Virus record (IMG/VR): IMGVR_UViG_2778261570_000017
Span: 1-19,403 of that record
Direction: 5' to 3' (one strand)
Source of the DNA: a virus
Taxonomy: Duplodnaviria > Heunggongvirae > Uroviricota > Caudoviricetes
DNA: 19,403 nucleotides
This document shows, one piece after another, positions 13,903 to 19,403 of the stretch (its first letter is position 1; each line of letters starts with the position of its first letter). Under the pieces are notes generated by a model. It saw only the letters and a list, made by a program, of their open reading frames with translations. It did not search any database and had not been told where the DNA came from. Made by a program: the position numbers and the translations under genes.

Positions 13903-16900
13903 TTTGGGGATTGATGCGGCAGAGTTTAAAAATGAAATTCCCCGTATCAAAAACCTTCTGAATGGTGCAGCCAGCGATGCAGAACGCTCTTCTGCCCGTA
14001 TGCAGCGTTTTATGGAGCGTCAGACTCAGGCCGCCCGGCAGACAACGCAGGCGGCTTCTTCGGCTGCAACAGCCGCATCCGTCCATGCGCAGACGGTGGA
14101 GAAGAACGCACAGGTTCATGAACGCATGGCCCGCGAGGTGGAGAAAACCCGCCAGCGCATGGAGGCACTGAGCCAGAAAATGCACGAGGAACAGGCGCAG
14201 GCCATGGCTCTGGCGGAGGCTCAGGATAAAGCGGCTGCTGCGTTTTATCGTCAGATTGACAGTGTGAAACAGGCCAGTGCGGGGCTGCAGGAATTACAGC
14301 GTATTCAGCAGCAGATCCGACAGGCCAGAAACAGTGGCGGGATTGGTCAGCAGGATTATCTGGCGCTGATTTCTGATGTTACGGCGAAAACCCGTGTTCT
14401 TACACAGGCTGAGGAAGAGGCAACCCGACAGAAAGTGGCGTTTATCCGTCAGCTTAAAGAGCAGGCAACCCGCCAGAATCTTTCATCTTCTGAGTTGCTT
14501 CGTGCTAAGGCTGCCCAGCTGGGGGTAAGCAGTGCTGCAGAAGTGTATATCCGCAAAATGGAGCAGGCAGGAAAAGCCACGCATTCGCTGGGTCTGAAAA
14601 GTGCAGCGGCCCGCCAGGAGATAGGCGTTCTGATAGGTGAACTGGCCCGCGGCAATTTAGGGGCGCTGAGGGGATCCGGGATAACGCTGGCTAACCGTGC
14701 CGGATGGATAGACACACTGATGTCACCGAAAGGCATGATGCTGGGCGGGGTTATTGGCGGTATTGCCGCGGCTGTCTATGGTCTGGGTAAAGCCTGGTAT
14801 GACGGTCAGAAGGAGGGGGAAGAATTTAACCGCCAGCTGTCGCTGACGGGGCATTATGCCGGAGTCACTGCCGGGCAGCTGTGGACGCTCAGTCGTGCTA
14901 TTTCCGGGAATGGTATCACGCAACATGCTGCAGCCGGTGCGCTGGCTCAGGTGGTGGGGAGTGGTGCATTTCGTGGAAACGATATCGGTATGGTGGCGAG
15001 AGCTGCCGCACAGATGGAGCGATCGGTTGGCCAGTCGGTCAGCGATACCATAAGTCAGTTTAAGCGGCTGAAGGATGATCCTGTAAATGCCGCGAAGGCT
15101 CTGGACAATGAGCTGCATTTTCTTACTGCCACTCAGCTTGAGCAGATACGCGTCCTTGGGGAACAGGGGCGGTCCAGTGATGCGGCACGGATAGCCATGT
15201 CTGCACTGGCAGAGGAAACCGGTCGGCGTACTGCGGATATTGATAATAACCTCAATGCGCTGGGTAGTACGCTGCAAACCTTGTCTGACTGGTGGAAGCA
15301 GTTCTGGGATGCGGCCATGAATATTGGTCGTGAAGATTCGCTGGATGCGCAGATTGCCACTTTGCAGGAGAAAGTATCGCGGGCGAAAAGACTCCCCTGG
15401 ACGGCATCATCTTCTCAGGTTGAATACGATCAGCAGCGTCTTAACGAGCTTCAGGAGAAAAAACGCCAGAAGGATTTGCAGGATGCAAAAGAGCAGGCAG
15501 AGCGGAATTATCAGGAGCAACAGAAACGCCGTAATGCTGAAAATGCTGCACTGAACCGGATGAATGAAACGGAAGCAGCACGACATCAGCGTGAAATTGC
15601 GCGTATTAATGCCATGCAGTACGCCGATCAGGCTGTCAGGGATGCGGCGATACAACGTGAAAATGAACGTTACGAGAAAGCCCTGGCATCCGGTAAGAAA
15701 AAAACACGCGAAACCCGTAATGATGAGGCCACCCGGTTATTGCTGCAGTACAGTCAGCAACAGGCACAGGTGGAAGGACAGATTGCTGCTGCCAGACAGT
15801 CAGCAGGCATTGCCACGGAAAGGATGACAGAAGCGCATAAACAGCTTCTGGCTCTGCAGCAGCGCATCAGTGACCTGGACGGGAAAAAACTGACGGCAGA
15901 TGAAAAGAGTGTACTGGCCCGTAAAGATGAACTGATTCAGGCACTGACGCTGCTGGATGTAAAACAGCAGGAGCTTCAGAAACAGACGGCACTCAACGAG
16001 CTGAAGAAAAAAACAATTCAGCTGACCAGTCAACTGGCTGAAGAAGAGCGCGCTCAGCGTCAGCAACATGACCTGGATATCGCCACGGTGGGTATGGGTG
16101 ATCAGCAGAGGCAGCGATATCAGGTACAACTGAGTCTTCGCCAGAAATACCAGCAACAGCTGGAGCAGTTGAGGCGGGATAGTGAGCAGAAAGGGACATA
16201 TAACACGGATGACTACAGAAAGGCCGAGCAGGCGCTGACGGAGAGCCTGAACCGACAACTGAATGAGAATCGCCGTTACTGGCAACAGCTTGAAGTTGTG
16301 CAGGGTAACTGGAAAAACGGAGTCCTGCGTGCATTTCAGGATTTTACCGTGGATGCAGATAATACGGCAGGAACAGCAGAACAGGTGTTCTCGTCAGCCT
16401 TCAGCAACATGGGAAATGGCCTGGCAACTTTTGTCACTACCGGCAAACTCAATTTCAAATCCTTCACCTCTTCTGTGCTGTCAGATATGGCGAAAATCCT
16501 GGCGCAGGCAACCATGATGAAATCGATAAAAGGGATTGGCAGTGTACTGGGATTTGATCTCAGCAGCCTTTCCCTGAATGCCAATGGGGGGATTTATCAG
16601 TCTGCTGATTTGAGTCGTTACAGTGGCACGGTGGTTAACCGTCCGACGTTTTTTGCTTTTGCAAAAGGCGCGGGTGTGATGGGAGAAGCGGGGCCTGAAG
16701 CCATTCTGCCACTGCGTCGTGGTGCTGATGGCAAGCTGGGTGTTGTGGCGGATATTGGTGGTTCAGGTATGGTGATGTTTGCCCCGCAGTACAACATCGA
16801 GATCAATAACGATGGTACGAACGGGCAGATAGGTCCGGCTGCCCTGAAGGTGGTTTATGACCTCGGGAAAAAAGCAGCAGCGGACTTTATGCAACAGCAG

Positions 16901-16939
16901 TCCCGTGATGGTGGTCAGTTAAGCGGAGCGTATCGGTAA
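13874..16939 (+). CDS. Tail tape measure protein (lambda gpH-like)
   Basis: About 1021 aa, coiled-coil-rich. N-terminus MDQIANLVIDLGIDAAEF vs lambda H ...VGDLVVDLSLDAARF; C-terminus INNDGTNGQIGPAALKVVYD...RDGG matches lambda H. GGAGGTG RBS at 13861-13867. Confidence 0.9.
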   Translation: MDQIANLVIDLGIDAAEFKNEIPRIKNLLNGAASDAERSSARMQRFMERQTQAARQTTQAASSAATAASVHAQTVEKNAQVHERMAREVEKTRQRMEALSQKMHEEQAQAMALAEAQDKAAAAFYRQIDSVKQASAGLQELQRIQQQIRQARNSGGIGQQDYLALISDVTAKTRVLTQAEEEATRQKVAFIRQLKEQATRQNLSSSELLRAKAAQLGVSSAAEVYIRKMEQAGKATHSLGLKSAAARQEIGVLIGELARGNLGALRGSGITLANRAGWIDTLMSPKGMMLGGVIGGIAAAVYGLGKAWYDGQKEGEEFNRQLSLTGHYAGVTAGQLWTLSRAISGNGITQHAAAGALAQVVGSGAFRGNDIGMVARAAAQMERSVGQSVSDTISQFKRLKDDPVNAAKALDNELHFLTATQLEQIRVLGEQGRSSDAARIAMSALAEETGRRTADIDNNLNALGSTLQTLSDWWKQFWDAAMNIGREDSLDAQIATLQEKVSRAKRLPWTASSSQVEYDQQRLNELQEKKRQKDLQDAKEQAERNYQEQQKRRNAENAALNRMNETEAARHQREIARINAMQYADQAVRDAAIQRENERYEKALASGKKKTRETRNDEATRLLLQYSQQQAQVEGQIAAARQSAGIATERMTEAHKQLLALQQRISDLDGKKLTADEKSVLARKDELIQALTLLDVKQQELQKQTALNELKKKTIQLTSQLAEEERAQRQQHDLDIATVGMGDQQRQRYQVQLSLRQKYQQQLEQLRRDSEQKGTYNTDDYRKAEQALTESLNRQLNENRRYWQQLEVVQGNWKNGVLRAFQDFTVDADNTAGTAEQVFSSAFSNMGNGLATFVTTGKLNFKSFTSSVLSDMAKILAQATMMKSIKGIGSVLGFDLSSLSLNANGGIYQSADLSRYSGTVVNRPTFFAFAKGAGVMGEAGPEAILPLRRGADGKLGVVADIGGSGMVMFAPQYNIEINNDGTNGQIGPAALKVVYDLGKKAAADFMQQQSRDGGQLSGAYR

Positions 16940-17268
16940 TGGAAACTTTTCACTGGAAAATTCGCCCTGATATGACTGTGGCATCGGAACCGAAGGTGGT
17001 GACAGTGAAGCTGGGCGATGGTTATGAACAGCGTCGTGCGGCGGGACTGAATAACCAGTTGTCGACTTACAGCGTGACGATACGTGTTCGTAAATGTGAA
17101 CACCCATCTTTAAAAGCCTTTCTGGAACGGCACGGTGGCGTCCGCGCATTTCAGTGGACGCCACCTTATGACTGGAAGCCGATCAGGGTGGTTTGTCGTA
17201 AATGGTCGGCAAGCGTGGGGGCGTTGTGGGTAACCATAACGGCAGATTTTGAACAGGTCGTGGCATAG
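16939..17268 (+). CDS. Minor tail protein (lambda gpM-like)
   Basis: METFHWKIRPDMTVASEPKVVTVKLGDGYEQR vs lambda M MKTFRWKVKPGMDVASVPSVRKVRFGDGYSQR. ATG overlaps the H stop (TAATG). Confidence 0.9.
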   Translation: METFHWKIRPDMTVASEPKVVTVKLGDGYEQRRAAGLNNQLSTYSVTIRVRKCEHPSLKAFLERHGGVRAFQWTPPYDWKPIRVVCRKWSASVGALWVTITADFEQVVA

Positions 17269-17277
17269 GAGGCTCTG

Positions 17278-17976
17278 ATGCAGGATATTCCACAGGAAAC
17301 ACATCATGAGACGACACGCCTCACTCAGTCAGCCCAGGTGGTGCTCTGGGAAATCGATCTGACAGAGGTCGGCGGAGATCGTTATTTCTTCTGTAATGAG
17401 CAGAACGAAAAAGGTGAGCCGGTTACCTGGCAGGGGCGGCAGTATCAGGCATATCCCATTCAGGGGACGGGATTTGAACTGAACGGCAAGGGCAGTGCTG
17501 CCCGTCCGACACTGACGGTTTCTAACCTGCACGGCATGGTCACCGGGATGGCGGAAGACCTGCAGAGTCTGGTCGGCGGAACGGTGGTCCGGCGTAAGGT
17601 TTACGCCCGTTTTCTGGATGCGGTGAACTTCGTCAACGGAAACAGCGACGCCGATCCGGAGCAGGAGGTGATCAGCCACTGGCGCATCGAGCAGTGCAGC
17701 GAACTGAGCGCGGTCAGTGCCTCCTTTGTACTGGCCACGCCGACGGAAACGGACGGCGCTGTTTTTCCGGGACGTATCATGCTGGCCAACACCTGCACCT
17801 GGACCTATCGCGGCGATGAGTGCGGTTATCACGGTCCGGCGGTCGCGGATGAATATGACCAGCCAACGTCCGATATCACGAAGGATAAATGCAGCAAATG
17901 CCTGAGCGGATGTAAGTTCCGCAATAACGTCGGCAACTTTGGCGGCTTCCTTTCCATTAACAAACTTTCGCAGTAA
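17278..17976 (+). CDS. Minor tail protein (lambda gpL-like)
   Basis: 232 aa, near-identical to recalled lambda L across its length (e.g. VVLWEIDLTEVGG...YFFCNEQNEKGEPVTWQGRQYQ). Confidence 0.9.
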   Translation: MQDIPQETHHETTRLTQSAQVVLWEIDLTEVGGDRYFFCNEQNEKGEPVTWQGRQYQAYPIQGTGFELNGKGSAARPTLTVSNLHGMVTGMAEDLQSLVGGTVVRRKVYARFLDAVNFVNGNSDADPEQEVISHWRIEQCSELSAVSASFVLATPTETDGAVFPGRIMLANTCTWTYRGDECGYHGPAVADEYDQPTSDITKDKCSKCLSGCKFRNNVGNFGGFLSINKLSQ

Positions 17977-17980
17977 ACCC

Positions 17981-18724
17981 ATGACAGAGACAGAATCAGC
18001 GATTCTGGCGCACGCCCGGCGATGTGCGCCAGCGGAGTCGTGCGGCTTCGTGGTGAGAACGCCGGAAGGGGAAAGATATTTTCCCTGTGTGAATATCTCC
18101 GGTAAGCCGGAGGCGTATTTCAGGCTGTCGCCGGAGGACTGGCTGCAGGCAGAAATGCAGGGTGAGATTGTGGCGCTGGTCCACAGCCACCCCGGTGGTC
18201 TGCCCTGGCTGAGTGAGGCCGACCGGCGGCTGCAGGTGCAGAGTGATTTGCCGTGGTGGCTGGTCTGTCGGGGGACGATTCATAAGTTCCGCTGTGTGCC
18301 GCATCTCACCGGGCGGCGCTTTGAGCACGGGGTGACGGATTGTTACACGCTGTTCCGGGATGCTTATCATCTGGCGGGGATTGAGATGCCGGATTTTCAT
18401 CGCGGGGATGACTGGTGGCGTAACGGTCAGAATCTCTATCTGGATAATCTGGAGGCCACGGGGCTGTATCAGGTGCCGTTGTCATCAGCACAACCGGGCG
18501 ATGTGCTGTTGTGCTGTTTTGGTTCATCGGTGCCGAATCATGCCGCTATTTACTGTGGTGACGGCGAGCTGCTGCACCATATTCCTGAACAACTGAGCAA
18601 ACGAGAGAGGTATACCGACAAATGGCAGCGACGCACACACTCCCTCTGGCGTCACCGGGCATGGCACGCATCTGCCTTTACGGGGATTTACAACGATTTG
18701 GCCGCCGCATCGACCTTCGTGTGA
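17981..18724 (+). CDS. Tail assembly protein (lambda gpK-like; JAB/MPN plus NlpC/P60 domains)
   Basis: Start MTETESAILAHARRCAPAESCGFVV as in lambda K. The ORF-track start at 17939 overlaps L; the ATG at 17981 lies 4 nt after the L stop. Confidence 0.9.
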   Translation: MTETESAILAHARRCAPAESCGFVVRTPEGERYFPCVNISGKPEAYFRLSPEDWLQAEMQGEIVALVHSHPGGLPWLSEADRRLQVQSDLPWWLVCRGTIHKFRCVPHLTGRRFEHGVTDCYTLFRDAYHLAGIEMPDFHRGDDWWRNGQNLYLDNLEATGLYQVPLSSAQPGDVLLCCFGSSVPNHAAIYCGDGELLHHIPEQLSKRERYTDKWQRRTHSLWRHRAWHASAFTGIYNDLAAASTFV

Positions 18725-19263
18725 AAACGGGGGCCGAAGCCATCCGGGCGCTGGCCACGCAGATCCCGGCGTTTCGTCAGAAACTGAGCGACGGCTGGTA
18801 TCAGGTACGCATTGCCGGGCGTGATGCAGGTGAAACGGAATTATCAGCCCGTCTTAATGAACCGCTGGCAAATGGTGCTGTGATCCATATCGTGCCGCGT
18901 CTGGCAGGAGCCAAAAGTGGCGGTGTGTTTCAGGCTGTGCTGGGGGCGGCTGTTATGGCGGTTGCTATATGGATGCCGGGGGTAGGAATTATGGCGAGTA
19001 ATCTGCTGTTTTCTCTCGGTGCCAGTATGACGCTTGGCGGTGTTGCACAGATGCTGGCCCCTAAACCCAAAACCCCCCGCACACAGACAACGGATAACGG
19101 CAAACAGAACACCTATTTTTCTTCACTGGATAATATGGTTGCCCAGGGCAATGTCCTGCCCGTTCTGTACGGTGAAATGCGTGTGGGGTCGCGGGTGGTA
19201 TCTCAGGAGATCAGCACAGCAGATGAAGGTGATGGTGGTCAGGTTGTGGTGATTGGTCGCTGA
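18622..19263 (+). CDS. Tail assembly protein (lambda gpI-like)
   Basis: MAATHTLPLASPGMARICLYGDLQRFGRRIDLRVKTGAEAIRALATQ... as in lambda I; overlaps the 3' end of K as in lambda. Confidence 0.9.
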   Translation: MAATHTLPLASPGMARICLYGDLQRFGRRIDLRVKTGAEAIRALATQIPAFRQKLSDGWYQVRIAGRDAGETELSARLNEPLANGAVIHIVPRLAGAKSGGVFQAVLGAAVMAVAIWMPGVGIMASNLLFSLGASMTLGGVAQMLAPKPKTPRTQTTDNGKQNTYFSSLDNMVAQGNVLPVLYGEMRVGSRVVSQEISTADEGDGGQVVVIGR

Positions 19264-19282
19264 TGAAAAATGTTTTATGTGA

Positions 19283-19302
19283 AACCGCCTGCGGGCGGTT
19301 TT
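19283..19302 (+). terminator. Hairpin between I and J (terminator/attenuator-like)
   Basis: AACCGCC (19283-19289), loop TGCG, GGCGGTT (19294-19300), followed by TT. Confidence 0.4.
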
Positions 19303-19324
19303 GTCGTTTATGGAGCGTGAGGAA

Positions 19325-19403
19325 TGGGTAAAGGCAGCAGTAAGGGGCATACCCCGCGCGAAGCGAAGGACAACCTGAAGTCCACGCAGTTGCTGAGTGT
19401 GAT
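19325..19403 (+). CDS. Tail tip/host-specificity protein (lambda gpJ-like), N-terminal fragment, runs off the window
   Basis: MGKGSSKGHTPREAKDNLKSTQLLSV matches the recalled N-terminus of lambda J; follows I as in lambda. Confidence 0.85.

Noticed and set aside
220-17982. Numerous minus-strand ORFs in the six-frame track (e.g. 220-486, 557-997, 2063-2473, 9854-10339, 10760-11146, 14723-15277, 15800-16285, 17329-17982)
   Set aside because: All lie antisense inside well-supported plus-strand phage genes, have no RBS or recognisable motifs, and the plus-strand genes show coupling and homology. Treated as spurious antisense ORFs.
1-19403. Defence systems, toxin-antitoxin pairs, CRISPR arrays, tRNA genes, integrase or transposase
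   Set aside because: Looked for nucleases, methyltransferase motifs, short repeat-spacer arrays, tRNA-like sequence and recombinase motifs; none seen. All sizeable ORFs are accounted for by replication and virion-structure functions.

Overview
Dense, almost entirely plus-strand phage region of enterobacterial type, with three parts. (1) Replication module, 1-2341: the 3' end of an upstream gene, a RecA-fold Rep ATPase, an AAGTGGG iteron array (probable origin), a small ORF and an SSB. (2) A 2.5-kb cassette, 2378-4978, bounded by two ~80-bp direct repeats that each resemble a lambda-type cos site; it carries a small ribbon-helix-helix-like ORF coupled to a ClpP-type prohead protease / HK97-fold major capsid fusion gene. 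(3) A lambda-like late operon, 4979-19403: TerS (Nu1-like), a terminase large subunit reduced to its C-terminal nuclease part, gpW, portal, a second divergent protease-capsid fusion, head-completion genes, and lambda-like tail genes Z, U, V, G/G-T, H, M, L, K, I and the start of J. The most unusual signals are the duplicated cos-like site enclosing a second capsid gene, the missing TerL ATPase domain with an AT-rich scar in its place, and a replication module directly abutting cos with no lysis or Q genes between. No tRNA, CRISPR, integrase, transposase or recognisable defence genes were seen. All homology statements are from reading the translations and recalled lambda sequences, not from database searches.
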